DNA from: Chlamydiales bacterium | GTDB taxonomy: Bacteria > Chlamydiota > Chlamydiia > Chlamydiales > JACRBE01 | DNA: 64,000 nucleotides | Reading direction: 5' to 3' | Assembly (NCBI GenBank): GCA_016213235.1 | Contig: JACRBE010000047.1 | Location: 56,653-120,652, forward strand | Part shown: in pieces, positions 22,154 to 31,438 of the stretch | Numbering within the stretch: the stretch's first letter is position 1 | How the letters are laid out: the number at the start of each line of letters is the position of its first letter | The notes under the pieces: generated by a model | Database searches by the model: none | The model's input: only the letters and a program-made list of their open reading frames with translations | What the model was told of the DNA's origin: nothing | Translations under genes and position numbers: made by a program

Positions 22154-22265
22154 TTTTTATTACTACTGGCTTGTTGCCATATAGCGATTGGTGCTATGAT
22201 ATTGTGTTTTATTGTGAAATAATTATTTTTTTCTAAAAACAACGGTTTTATAAAGGAGTTTTATC

Positions 22266-22646
22266 ATGGCAAGTCAATGTAATACTAATTGTATATGCGC
22301 TGCTATACTAGCGCCTGCTCTTATAACAACAAATTTCTTAGCAGAATGGAGAGATGATAATGCACACGACTCATGTATCTATGGAGCTTTCAAACGCGCT
22401 GTTACTCTTCCTATTGGGTTAATAGCATCTATCGCTACCTTAGTAGAAGGAGTGGTATGGTCTGTTTTTGCTCTTCTTTTATTACCTTTGGCATGCTGCG
22501 CGGGGTTTATAGACAAGGATGCAGGAGACAAATTTTCTGGAGTGCTACATGGTGTAGTACTACTACACTTTACATTAGGTGGAGTGGGAGTGATTAGCTC
22601 AATTACTCAAGTAGCTACAGATAAGTTTTTGATTGTTGACTGCTAG
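22266..22646 (+). CDS. Small polytopic membrane protein, paralogue 1 (Inc-like candidate)
   Basis: 126 aa with an AAGGAG Shine-Dalgarno. It is clearly paralogous to the next gene: CIYGAFKRAVTLPIGLIASIATLVEGVVWSVFALLLLP versus CLYKTCKRAIALPAGLVLSTAAIVESAVKSIFALLLFP, and ISSITQVATDKF versus VSSLTQLATKNF. Confidence 0.6.
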   Translation: MASQCNTNCICAAILAPALITTNFLAEWRDDNAHDSCIYGAFKRAVTLPIGLIASIATLVEGVVWSVFALLLLPLACCAGFIDKDAGDKFSGVLHGVVLLHFTLGGVGVISSITQVATDKFLIVDC

Positions 22647-22742
22647 GGTTAATTTTAATTTAAATTATACTATTAAAAAGCTGTCAAATCAAAATTTTAC
22701 AGCTTATAATCTTCCTTAAAACCATAACAAAGGATATTTTAT

Positions 22743-23126
22743 ATGGATAATTGTACTGCTTATACATCGCCAATGATGGCGGGGACTGTCCTACTTTCTA
22801 TGTGGAGAGATGAAGAATCAAGATCACGTGAAGGAGCTCCTCTAGTTGATAAAGGCGAGAGTTGTTTATACAAAACATGTAAACGAGCTATAGCCTTGCC
22901 TGCAGGGCTAGTACTTAGCACAGCAGCTATAGTAGAAAGTGCCGTAAAATCAATTTTTGCTCTTCTTTTATTTCCCATGATATGCTTTGATGCAACAAGT
23001 GGTTTTTATAACGAAGTGATAGTCGGGGTGATGCTAGTTGGATTTGTTGTTGGTGCTGTGGGGATCGTTTCTTCATTAACGCAGCTTGCTACTAAAAATT
23101 TCTTTATGTGTAATTCGAACGCATAA
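22743..23126 (+). CDS. Small polytopic membrane protein, paralogue 2 (Inc-like candidate)
   Basis: 127 aa with the same architecture as 22266-22646: a polar Cys-containing N-terminus and hydrophobic lobes separated by a short polar loop. AAGGA lies upstream. Confidence 0.6.
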   Translation: MDNCTAYTSPMMAGTVLLSMWRDEESRSREGAPLVDKGESCLYKTCKRAIALPAGLVLSTAAIVESAVKSIFALLLFPMICFDATSGFYNEVIVGVMLVGFVVGAVGIVSSLTQLATKNFFMCNSNA

Positions 23127-23158
23127 AATAAATAGATAAAAGATCTGTTGTTTTCGTG

Positions 23159-23195
23159 AAGCTATAAAAATAAAAATCGATAGCTTTTTCTTTTG
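23159..23195 (+). terminator. Candidate terminator after the paralogue pair
   Basis: AAGCTAT-(14 nt)-ATAGCTT forms a 7-bp stem followed by TTTTCTTTTG, 33 nt after the stop at 23126. Confidence 0.4.
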
Positions 23196-23240
23196 TTTAA
23201 ATGATTCCTTGCAGTATAACCCAAAAAAAAGGGTTATCAT

Positions 23241-24629
23241 ATGACGTTTAGGGAAGAGGAAGATGCTCTCGGTGTCGTGTTTGTCCCATCAGATAAATAT
23301 TGGGGAGCTCAAACAGAACGGTCTATTGAGAACTTTCCCATTGGTGGACATAAGATGCCAATAGAGGTCATTCACGCACTTGCATTGATAAAGAAAGCCG
23401 CTGCCATTACCAATCATACACTGGGCATACTAGATAAAGATAAAAAAGAATTCATTGTAGCTGCAGTAGATGAAATACTGGCCGGGAAATACAATGATCA
23501 GTTTCCTTTGGTTGTATGGCAAACAGGCTCTGGCACCCAGTCTAATATGAATGTCAATGAGGTCATTAGCAATATTGCTGCTGAAAAAGCAGGAAGCTAC
23601 CTTGGCTCAAAAGATCCTGTGCATCCAAACGATCATGTTAATAAATCACAATCTTCCAATGATGTATTCCCTAGTGCATCATCGATTGCTGCAAGATTAA
23701 AAATAGAGCAACATCTCCTTCCTAATTTAGATTACTTTTACAAAGAACTACTCAAGAAAGCAAAAGAATTCGATGATATTGTCAAAATTGGAAGAACCCA
23801 TTTGATGGATGCAACTCCACTAACACTTGGACAAGAATTTTCTGGTTACGCTGAACAAATCAAAAATGGAATAGAGGCCATTAGAAATAGTTTAAAACAC
23901 CTCTCGCAATTAGCGCTCGGTGGCACTGCAGTAGGAACAGGACTCAATGCCCCTGCCAAATATCCTAAAAAAGTAGCAGAAGAATTATCCAGGTTAACAG
24001 GTTTTCATTTTGAATCTGCTCCCAATAAATTTGAGGCATTAGGATCAGCGGATAGCTTAGTAGAAACACATGGCGCGCTAAGAAGAGTCGCGTGCTCTAT
24101 GATGAAGATTGCAAATGATATTAGATGGCTGGCGTCCGGTCCTAGATGTGGTATAGGGGAGATTATTCTTCCATCTAATGAGCCGGGATCATCTATTATG
24201 CCGGGAAAAGTAAATCCTACTCAGTGCGAATCAATGACCATGGTAGTAGCACAAATCATGGGGAATGATGCAACAGTTGCATTTAGTGCTACGCAGGGTA
24301 ATTTTGAATTAAATGTATTTCGTCCTGTGATGATTTGTAACGTGATAGAGTCGATTCACTTGATCGGAGATAGCGTAAAATCATTCACGGATCGTTGCTT
24401 AAAAGGGATTCAACCAAATAAGAGTCGCATTAAAGAGCTCTTGGAAGAATCTCTGATGCTAGTCACGGCGCTCAATCCGGTGATTGGATATGACAATGCA
24501 GCAAAGATTGCAAAAACAGCCTATGCAAAAAATATCACCCTAAAGCAGGCAGCACATGAACTTGGTCTTGTTGATGAAAAGAAATTTGATCAAATTGTAG
24601 ATCCAAAAAAAATGATAGGGCCTTCTTAA
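23241..24629 (+). CDS. fumC: Class II fumarate hydratase
   Basis: 462 aa. The signature [15 protein letters not shown] is present. The N-terminus [23 protein letters not shown] parallels E. coli FumC [24 protein letters not shown]. Confidence 0.96.
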   Translation: MTFREEEDALGVVFVPSDKYWGAQTERSIENFPIGGHKMPIEVIHALALIKKAAAITNHTLGILDKDKKEFIVAAVDEILAGKYNDQFPLVVWQTGSGTQSNMNVNEVISNIAAEKAGSYLGSKDPVHPNDHVNKSQSSNDVFPSASSIAARLKIEQHLLPNLDYFYKELLKKAKEFDDIVKIGRTHLMDATPLTLGQEFSGYAEQIKNGIEAIRNSLKHLSQLALGGTAVGTGLNAPAKYPKKVAEELSRLTGFHFESAPNKFEALGSADSLVETHGALRRVACSMMKIANDIRWLASGPRCGIGEIILPSNEPGSSIMPGKVNPTQCESMTMVVAQIMGNDATVAFSATQGNFELNVFRPVMICNVIESIHLIGDSVKSFTDRCLKGIQPNKSRIKELLEESLMLVTALNPVIGYDNAAKIAKTAYAKNITLKQAAHELGLVDEKKFDQIVDPKKMIGPS

Positions 24630-24828
24630 GAAAAGAGGTTCATCCGAGGAATGCGTACCTAGCCAATCAAATAGTCTTAAAATTATTTATACATCTTTTA
24701 ACGCTTATAGTTCTGGCAATGCACCTTCTTTAAAGAGTGCGTCGTAAATTATTACTACATAGCGTGTTGCATGTAAATTTGCATAATAAGTGAGCAAATA
24801 AAAACACAAAAAGTGAGTAATTTATCAT

Positions 24829-26349
24829 ATGTCAACACCTTCAGAACTAGCTTCTGCACTGACTAGAGTTCATGAAATTGCAAAATCTAATGGAGGTCCT
24901 ATTCTTCGATCTGAACAGCTAGTTCGTGCAGATAGGGAACTTTTACTTCGGTTACGTTGGCTGCAAGAAATCATTAAAGGTTGGTATCTTCTCACCAATT
25001 CCCAAGGTCCTGTTGGAGATTCTACTATTTGGTATGCCAGCTTTTGGGGTTTTCTGCGTATCTATCTCAAGTTTTATTTAGACGATTTTTACTGTTTATC
25101 TGCAGAGAGTTCCTTAGATCTGCATACGAAAAATTCTATTATTCCCTCTCAAGTCATAGTCATAGCACAGACGGGAAGAGGCTCTCCACAAGCGCTTCCT
25201 TTCAAAACTTCAGTGCTCATTTATGCAGATCCTTCTAGTGTTCCCGAAGAAAGACAGTCAATGAATGGTCTGCAAATTATGCAGCTTCCTTATGCGCTAT
25301 GCAAAGTTCCTTCTACCTATTTTCAGAAAAATCCTAAAGAAGCAGAGATTGCCCTTCGACTGATTCAAAATGCGTCTGAACTCTCTGCTGTTCTTCTAAA
25401 ATACAATTTTAAAGCGGCAGCAAAAAGGCTCATTGGAGCTTATCGTTTTCTCGGTAATGAGCAAATGGCAGATAACTTAAAAAATGAGCTCTTAGACTAT
25501 GGATGGAAAGTGAAGGAAGAAAACCCGTTTACTAAGCCTGCGCCTCTCATTTTTTCTGCTCATACGACTTCCCCTTATGTTGCGCGCATTCTTACTCTTT
25601 GGAGTGATTTTAGGCCAAAAGTAATCACTCATTTTCCCGACAATCCAGGGCTCCCACAAAACCCACAAGACTATCTAGAAAAGCTGCAAGAGATCTATTC
25701 GCAAGACGCCTATAATTCTCTCTCTATTGAAGGATATCAAGTAAATGAAAACCTTATAGCAAAAGTACAGAAACAAGATTGGAACCCCGATCTGTACTCC
25801 CAAGATAATCAGCAAAGAAATACTCTTGCAGCTAGAGGCTATTATGAAGCCTTTTTAGAAGTAAAAAAAAGTGTGTTGCTCCTACTCCAAAACAAAAATT
25901 CAGGAGATGTTATTAAAGTGCATCTCAAAAAATGGTTTCAAGCCCTTTTCTCTTCCGGAGTGCAAGCCGGCATTATTCCTGCTTCGGATCTTGTAGGATA
26001 TAGAAAACATCCTGTCTATATAAGAGGCTCTAGGCATGTACCTTTACCCAGAGAATCGCTCATAGATGCTATGGAAACACTGTTCGAGTGTTTGAAAAAG
26101 GAAGAGAGCGCTGCTGTAAGAGCCATTCTTGGTCATTATATTTTTGTCTACATTCATCCTTACATGGATGGCAATGGGAGAATAGGAAGATTTCTTATGA
26201 ATACGATGTTTGCATCGGGAGGCTATCCTTGGACTATCATTAGAATGAAAAACCGCGAGCAATACATGCAAGCATTAGAAACAGCTGGGGTGGAAGCAAA
26301 TATTGAGCCTTTTGTGCAGTTTGTCAGACAAGAAATGCAAGAAAGTTAG
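24829..26349 (+). CDS. Fic-domain protein (506 aa) with a long N-terminal extension
   Basis: The Fic motif HPYMDGNGRIGR (HxFx[D/E]GNGRxxR) lies near the C-terminus. An upstream SLSIEG matches the inhibitory [S/T]xxxE[G/N] motif. The N-terminal 60 aa (GPILRSEQLVRADRELLLRLRWLQEIIKGWYLL) resemble an AbiEi-type winged helix. Confidence 0.85.
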   Translation: MSTPSELASALTRVHEIAKSNGGPILRSEQLVRADRELLLRLRWLQEIIKGWYLLTNSQGPVGDSTIWYASFWGFLRIYLKFYLDDFYCLSAESSLDLHTKNSIIPSQVIVIAQTGRGSPQALPFKTSVLIYADPSSVPEERQSMNGLQIMQLPYALCKVPSTYFQKNPKEAEIALRLIQNASELSAVLLKYNFKAAAKRLIGAYRFLGNEQMADNLKNELLDYGWKVKEENPFTKPAPLIFSAHTTSPYVARILTLWSDFRPKVITHFPDNPGLPQNPQDYLEKLQEIYSQDAYNSLSIEGYQVNENLIAKVQKQDWNPDLYSQDNQQRNTLAARGYYEAFLEVKKSVLLLLQNKNSGDVIKVHLKKWFQALFSSGVQAGIIPASDLVGYRKHPVYIRGSRHVPLPRESLIDAMETLFECLKKEESAAVRAILGHYIFVYIHPYMDGNGRIGRFLMNTMFASGGYPWTIIRMKNREQYMQALETAGVEANIEPFVQFVRQEMQES

Positions 26350-26483
26350 AGGTATTCATACACCCGATTCATTTCAAAAATCTTCTGGCATCTGTAGTGA
26401 TATCTTCAATTCCTTATTCAATCCTGTCGAAGTTTGTTACTGTGTAAAATAACAATAGTGCAACACACTCATTTTTTAGATGT

Positions 26484-26990
26484 TTAAAGATTAATGTGAA
26501 TTCCGATCCTTGATAAAAGGAACCGAATAACTAGTATGGGATGGAATAAAGAGTGCCTCAGTAAATGAAGGTAAGTTACAGAGTAGATAGGCTTTTCAAG
26601 AGGGTGAGGGGCCTGTTGCATAGCATCTCTGATCCATTCCGGATAAGGGGGTGGAAGGGGGTATGGTAGAGTGTTGATAGGGAAGAAGCCTATTTCTTTC
26701 GTTTCATCATTGAGTAGTCCTTTACCAGAGAGAATAACACATTCATAAAAATGTGTTTTTTTTGTCATTTTATTTGTGGGAATATAGGTAGCTACTTTGC
26801 GGATTATTTTTGCCTCATATCCTGTTTCTTCCTTAATTTCTCTTAATGTAGCATCGATAGGATCCTCGTTTTCTTCAAGACCTCCTCCCGGCATGACCCA
26901 CACGGGGATATCTCTTCGCTTTAAGAGTAAGAGGTGTTTCTTATCTTGATCCAAAATAATGGCAGCTACACTCTCTTCTTTTTTTCCCAT
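26484..26990 (-). CDS. Nudix hydrolase
   Basis: The Nudix box GGGLEENEDPIDATLREIKEETG (Gx5Ex7REUxEExGU) is present. 168 aa. Confidence 0.9.
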   Translation of the reverse strand: MGKKEESVAAIILDQDKKHLLLLKRRDIPVWVMPGGGLEENEDPIDATLREIKEETGYEAKIIRKVATYIPTNKMTKKTHFYECVILSGKGLLNDETKEIGFFPINTLPYPLPPPYPEWIRDAMQQAPHPLEKPIYSVTYLHLLRHSLFHPILVIRFLLSRIGIHINL

Positions 26991-27039
26991 CTTGCAAATT
27001 TCTCCAGTTGAGTATTAATATTAACACGTTTTTAACAGG

Positions 27040-27462
27040 ATGACAATCATGAGAAATCTTTTTCCATTATTATTTGTATTATCATCATGTACTTCCAGCT
27101 ATATAGGCGTAGAAAAAGAATATGTCGACATAAATTCTCTTGCCTCCACATTTGTCGGTAGCCCAGATCCTATGCAACAAAATCCTTCTCATGGGGTAAG
27201 ACTTTGGATGGATTGGGAAATACCTCCTCATTTATGGCAAGAAGGTTTTATTCTTACCTTAAAAGTCATTTATAAAGATTATGAAGAAGAAACGTTTAGC
27301 TTTGTAATGGATCTTCCAAAAGGTCAAAAATCGTTTGAATTGCTCAATGAAAAATATGATCGCACAGGAGGGTTGCTTACTTATATGGCAGAGGTTACGA
27401 GCCAACATGGTGAAGTTCTTTCTGATTGGAAACATCAAATGTGGTTTAATCTAATTGAATGA
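27040..27462 (+). CDS. Hypothetical lipoprotein
   Basis: The signal peptide has a lipobox (LLFVLSSC-TSS). 140 aa with no other recognisable motif. Confidence 0.6.
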   Translation: MTIMRNLFPLLFVLSSCTSSYIGVEKEYVDINSLASTFVGSPDPMQQNPSHGVRLWMDWEIPPHLWQEGFILTLKVIYKDYEEETFSFVMDLPKGQKSFELLNEKYDRTGGLLTYMAEVTSQHGEVLSDWKHQMWFNLIE

Positions 27463-27466
27463 CATA

Positions 27467-28468
27467 CTATGGTTTTGTGAGCAATGTTTCGTGAACGTGC
27501 GATAGCATTTGCTTAAGATCGTCAAGACTAAGGCAGGGGTCTGTGATGGATTGATAAGGGTTATTTACAGAATATAGTTGTTTACCCTCTTCAAAAAAGA
27601 CCTCCAGCATTACTCCCATGATATCTTCACCGTTGGCAATCATCTCCATGACTTTATAAAAGTTGGTTTTTTGCATATGAAGCGCTTTTTGCGAATTACC
27701 ATGCCCGCAGTCTATCATCATGCGTGGAGGGAGGTGTTTCATTGCCCCCTGGTAATCAGATAAGTGTTTTTTAGAAAAATTAGGTCCCTCGTGTGATCCC
27801 CTTAAAATAATAAAAGTGTCTTTATTACCGCTAGTTCTCTCTTTTTGTATGATCCCTTTATCATTTAAACTTAAAAAAACATTAGGGGAAGAGATAACAT
27901 CGAGACTATGAGCTAGTAATAAGGGATCACCATCTAAACTGTTTTTTAACCCAACAGGAAAGGGGGCTTTTGCTGCCAAATCGCGATGCGCTGGTGATAA
28001 AATAGTCCGAGCTCCAATGGTTGCCATGCTATATAAATCAGAAAAATAGGGATAAGTAAAGGGGTCGAGCAATTCACCGGAGATGGGAATTTCTATAGCA
28101 AGGATATGTTGCATCAGTGTTCTACTTAAGCTAATGCCTTTATTAATATCACAAGTCCCATCTAAATCTGGATCATATAAAAAACCTCTCCATCCAAGTC
28201 CACTTCTTGGCTTTTCTACATGCGTGCGCATAACAAAATAAAAAGAGGGATATAGCTGCTGGAGTTGCTTTAATTCTTTTGCAAAAAGGATGGCTGATGA
28301 AAAATGATGAATAGAACAAGGTCCAATAATAACAAGTAAACGATCATCGCGGCGATATAAAATTTTTTTTATATTTTCCCTACATAGAGAGAGGAATTCC
28401 TTTGTTTCTTCCTTCATTGGAAGAAGCATTTTTACATGGGAAGGTATTATTATTTCTTCTGCCTGCAT
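27467..28468 (-). CDS. 3-deoxy-7-phosphoheptulonate (DAHP) synthase, class I (AroG/F/H-like)
   Basis: It is collinear with E. coli AroG. Matches are DDRLLVIIGPCSIH (AroG DDRLLVVIGPCSIH), EKPRSGLGWRGFLYDPDLDG, MMIDCGHGNS (MIDFSHANS), GVMLEVFFEEG and ITDPCL. The metal ligands Cys, His, Glu and Asp are all retained. Confidence 0.9.
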   Translation of the reverse strand: MQAEEIIIPSHVKMLLPMKEETKEFLSLCRENIKKILYRRDDRLLVIIGPCSIHHFSSAILFAKELKQLQQLYPSFYFVMRTHVEKPRSGLGWRGFLYDPDLDGTCDINKGISLSRTLMQHILAIEIPISGELLDPFTYPYFSDLYSMATIGARTILSPAHRDLAAKAPFPVGLKNSLDGDPLLLAHSLDVISSPNVFLSLNDKGIIQKERTSGNKDTFIILRGSHEGPNFSKKHLSDYQGAMKHLPPRMMIDCGHGNSQKALHMQKTNFYKVMEMIANGEDIMGVMLEVFFEEGKQLYSVNNPYQSITDPCLSLDDLKQMLSHVHETLLTKP

Positions 28469-28559
28469 CGCGTAAGATCTTTATGGGTGCAAAAAACAAT
28501 AAAAAATAGTACGATTTTGGTTTTATTTTAGTAAACACTCTAGTTTAAAAATTCATATT

Positions 28560-29927
28560 ATGACAGATATTTTGTATTACATGGGGAAAATCAACGATTG
28601 GGTATGGGGACCTCCGCTCCTTATACTCCTTGTTGTCGTAGGAGGGTATCTTACGATTTGTACCAGGGGAGTCCAATTTAGGTACCTTTGGTACTCGCAT
28701 AAGCTTGCATTTACAAAGCAAGATAGTAACGCGGAAGGGGATATTTCCCATTTTCAATCACTGATGACTGCGCTTGCTGCAACCATTGGTATTGGTAGTA
28801 TTTCCGGCGTGGCAACAGCTCTTGCCATTGGTGGACTGGGAGCTCTTTTCTGGATGTGGGTAGCGGCGCTGCTTGGGATGGCAACAAAATATGGAGAGGC
28901 AATACTTGCTGTAAAATATCGTATCAAAGATGGAAAAGGAGAAATGAGCGGTGGCCCCATGTATTATTTAGAAAAAGGGGTCAATAGTAAATTTCTAGCG
29001 ACTCTCTTTGCAATACTTGGTGTTTTTACAGCAATAGGAACAGGAAATATGGTGCAAGCGAACTCTGTTTCTGGTGCTTTTGTTGAACTTTGTAATTTAG
29101 ATCCATTGTGGGTAGGGCTTGGTTTAATGTTACTGACTGGCTTCGCGCTCTTAGGTGGCATTAAAAGCATTGGGAAAATCACCAGTATTTTAGTGCCTGC
29201 CATGGCGATTTTTTATATCGTTGGTGGATTAATTATTATTTCATTTCATGTACAAGATATTCCTAATGCTCTTTTTCTCATCTGTAAAACAGCCTTTACC
29301 GGACAAGCAGCAAGCGGAGGATTCATTGGTTCTTCTATGATGCTAGCTATTCAGTTAGGAGTGTCAAGAGGGGTATTTTCCTCAGAAGCAGGACTTGGTA
29401 GTTCTCCTATTGCAGCGGCTGCTGCAAAAACAGATTTACCTGGCAGACAAGCTCTTGTTTCTATGTCATCTGTGTTTATCACTACAGGTATCGTTTGTAC
29501 GATCACAGGTCTTGCTATTGCCCTTACAGGGGTATTAGGTACCAGAGGAGATAATGGTTTAATGCTAAATGGATCTGCTCTAGCACTAGCTGCCTTTAAC
29601 TCCGTTATTCCTCATGGAGGACTTGTTGTTACTATAGCGCTTATCCCGTTTGCGTATTCTACCATATTAGGATGGGCTTATTATGGAGAAAAATGTATTG
29701 AATATCTAGGGGGAGTGCGTATTGTAATCTTTTATCGTATTCTCTTTACCCTCCTTGTATTGCCAGGATCCCTTTTAAGCCTCGAATTTGTTTGGAGCCT
29801 TGCTAATATCCTCAACGGCTTAATGGCAATACCAAATTTAATAGGGTTATTTCTCTTAGCGCATATTATAACAAAAGAAACAAAAATATTTGATCGTGCA
29901 CTCCAATATGAGCAAGGGGTGCAATGA
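28560..29927 (+). CDS. Alanine/glycine:cation symporter (AGCS family), copy 1
   Basis: 455 aa. Family blocks GDISHFQSLMTALAATIGIGSISGVATA, GGPMYYLEKG and GVFSSEAGLGSSPIAAAAAKT are present. Its stop overlaps the next start (ATGA). Confidence 0.9.
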   Translation: MTDILYYMGKINDWVWGPPLLILLVVVGGYLTICTRGVQFRYLWYSHKLAFTKQDSNAEGDISHFQSLMTALAATIGIGSISGVATALAIGGLGALFWMWVAALLGMATKYGEAILAVKYRIKDGKGEMSGGPMYYLEKGVNSKFLATLFAILGVFTAIGTGNMVQANSVSGAFVELCNLDPLWVGLGLMLLTGFALLGGIKSIGKITSILVPAMAIFYIVGGLIIISFHVQDIPNALFLICKTAFTGQAASGGFIGSSMMLAIQLGVSRGVFSSEAGLGSSPIAAAAAKTDLPGRQALVSMSSVFITTGIVCTITGLAIALTGVLGTRGDNGLMLNGSALALAAFNSVIPHGGLVVTIALIPFAYSTILGWAYYGEKCIEYLGGVRIVIFYRILFTLLVLPGSLLSLEFVWSLANILNGLMAIPNLIGLFLLAHIITKETKIFDRALQYEQGVQ

Positions 29928-31276
29928 ACATTATTCCACAAGCTGTAACATGGCTTAATGATTTGTTATGGGGCCCGCCACTATTGTTTTTACTTGTGAC
30001 AGTTGGTGTGTTTTTAACCATTGCATTAAGAGGTGTCCAATTTCGCTATTTCTTTACATCCCATATATTGGCATTCACAAAACATGATCAAAAATCCCAA
30101 GGGGATATTTCTCATTTTCAATCCTTGATGACTGCTCTTGCTGGAACAATTGGTATGGGAAGTATCGCAGGGGTTGCTACAGCGATTGCTGTAGGAGGAC
30201 TTGGAGCAATCTTTTGGATGTGGATGACAGCGTTAATTGGTATGGCAATAAAATATGCAGAAGCAATACTTGCTATCAAATATCGTATCAAAGATGAAAA
30301 TGGACAAATGTGTGGTGGTCCGATGTACTACCTCGAGAGGGGACTAAAAAATAGGCCTCTTGCGATTTCTTTTGCTGTTTTTGCCATATTGAGTTCATTT
30401 GGTATTGGTAATATGGTTCAGTCTAACTCTGTTGCAGAGGCTTCTTATGAATTAATGGGTTTATCTCCTTATTATGTTGGCTTTTTCATGATGATACTTA
30501 CTGGGGTGTCTATCCTTTGGGGTATTAAAAGTATTAGTAAAATTGTCTCTGTCATTGTACCCGCAATGGCAGCATTTTATATTATAGGAGGCCTTATTAT
30601 TTTGGCCTTTAACATCAAAGAAATACCTACTGCATTATACCACATTTTCCAAACAGCTTTTACAGGACAGGCTGCAACGGGTGGTTTTTTAGGGTCTACC
30701 ATGATGCTCGCTATCCAAATGGGGGCTTCTAGAGGTGTTTTTTCTTCTGAAGCCGGTATGGGAAGTTCTCCTATTGCTGCAGCTGCTGCAAAAACATCTT
30801 CTCCTGGTGTGCAAGCACTTGTTTCGATGTCCTCTGTTTTTATTACAACAGGTATTGTTTGCACAATTACTGCACTTGTCATTGCTACAACAGATGTACT
30901 GGGTCAGATAGGATCTAATGGATCATTATTAAATGGTTCAGCGCTTGCTTTGACAGCATTTAATAAAGCATTGCCAGGTGGTGGTATTATTGTCACCATT
31001 GCAATCATCCCGTTTGCTTACTCTACGATTCTTTCCTGGGCTTATTATGGAGAAAAATCGGTAGAATATCTTTTTGGTATAAAAGCAGTACGATTTTATC
31101 GTATTATTTTTACATTGTTTATTTTTCCAGGATCATTATTTTCTTTAAATTTTGTATGGGATTTTTCTAATTTGATGAATGGGCTAATGTCCATTCCTAA
31201 CCTCATAGGGATCCTTTTTTTATCAAAAGTGATAATTAATGAAACAAAGCTTTTAGATAAAACATTTCGTTGCTGA
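29924..31276 (+). CDS. Alanine/glycine:cation symporter (AGCS family), copy 2 (tandem paralogue)
   Basis: 450 aa. It is collinear with and highly similar to copy 1, for example GDISHFQSLMTALAGTIGMGSIAGVATA and GVFSSEAGMGSSPIAAAAAKT. Confidence 0.9.
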   Translation: MNIIPQAVTWLNDLLWGPPLLFLLVTVGVFLTIALRGVQFRYFFTSHILAFTKHDQKSQGDISHFQSLMTALAGTIGMGSIAGVATAIAVGGLGAIFWMWMTALIGMAIKYAEAILAIKYRIKDENGQMCGGPMYYLERGLKNRPLAISFAVFAILSSFGIGNMVQSNSVAEASYELMGLSPYYVGFFMMILTGVSILWGIKSISKIVSVIVPAMAAFYIIGGLIILAFNIKEIPTALYHIFQTAFTGQAATGGFLGSTMMLAIQMGASRGVFSSEAGMGSSPIAAAAAKTSSPGVQALVSMSSVFITTGIVCTITALVIATTDVLGQIGSNGSLLNGSALALTAFNKALPGGGIIVTIAIIPFAYSTILSWAYYGEKSVEYLFGIKAVRFYRIIFTLFIFPGSLFSLNFVWDFSNLMNGLMSIPNLIGILFLSKVIINETKLLDKTFRC

Positions 31277-31438
31277 TTTGCATTAAAAACAAAATTATTA
31301 TATATATAACTATTTCGACCATTTATCAAAATAATGAGCGCTGATACTAATTTTGTGATTAAGGTCGATATGCTGAAGTTGCCACGGAGGGGGATTTTAT
31401 CGCTGGCAATCTTCAGCTTGTTTTTTTGACTATGGGGA

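Noticed and set aside
21743-22184. Plus-strand ORFs of 142 aa and 61 aa overlap the methyltransferase gene.
   Set aside because: They are antisense to a gene with clear SAM-binding motifs. Their translations are Ser/Pro/Cys-rich without domain features.
28469-28559. I considered a glycine riboswitch upstream of the AGCS symporters and a T-box or leader upstream of trpS (40847-40941).
   Set aside because: Both leaders are short, extremely AT-rich and lack the conserved G+C-rich helices of those RNA families.
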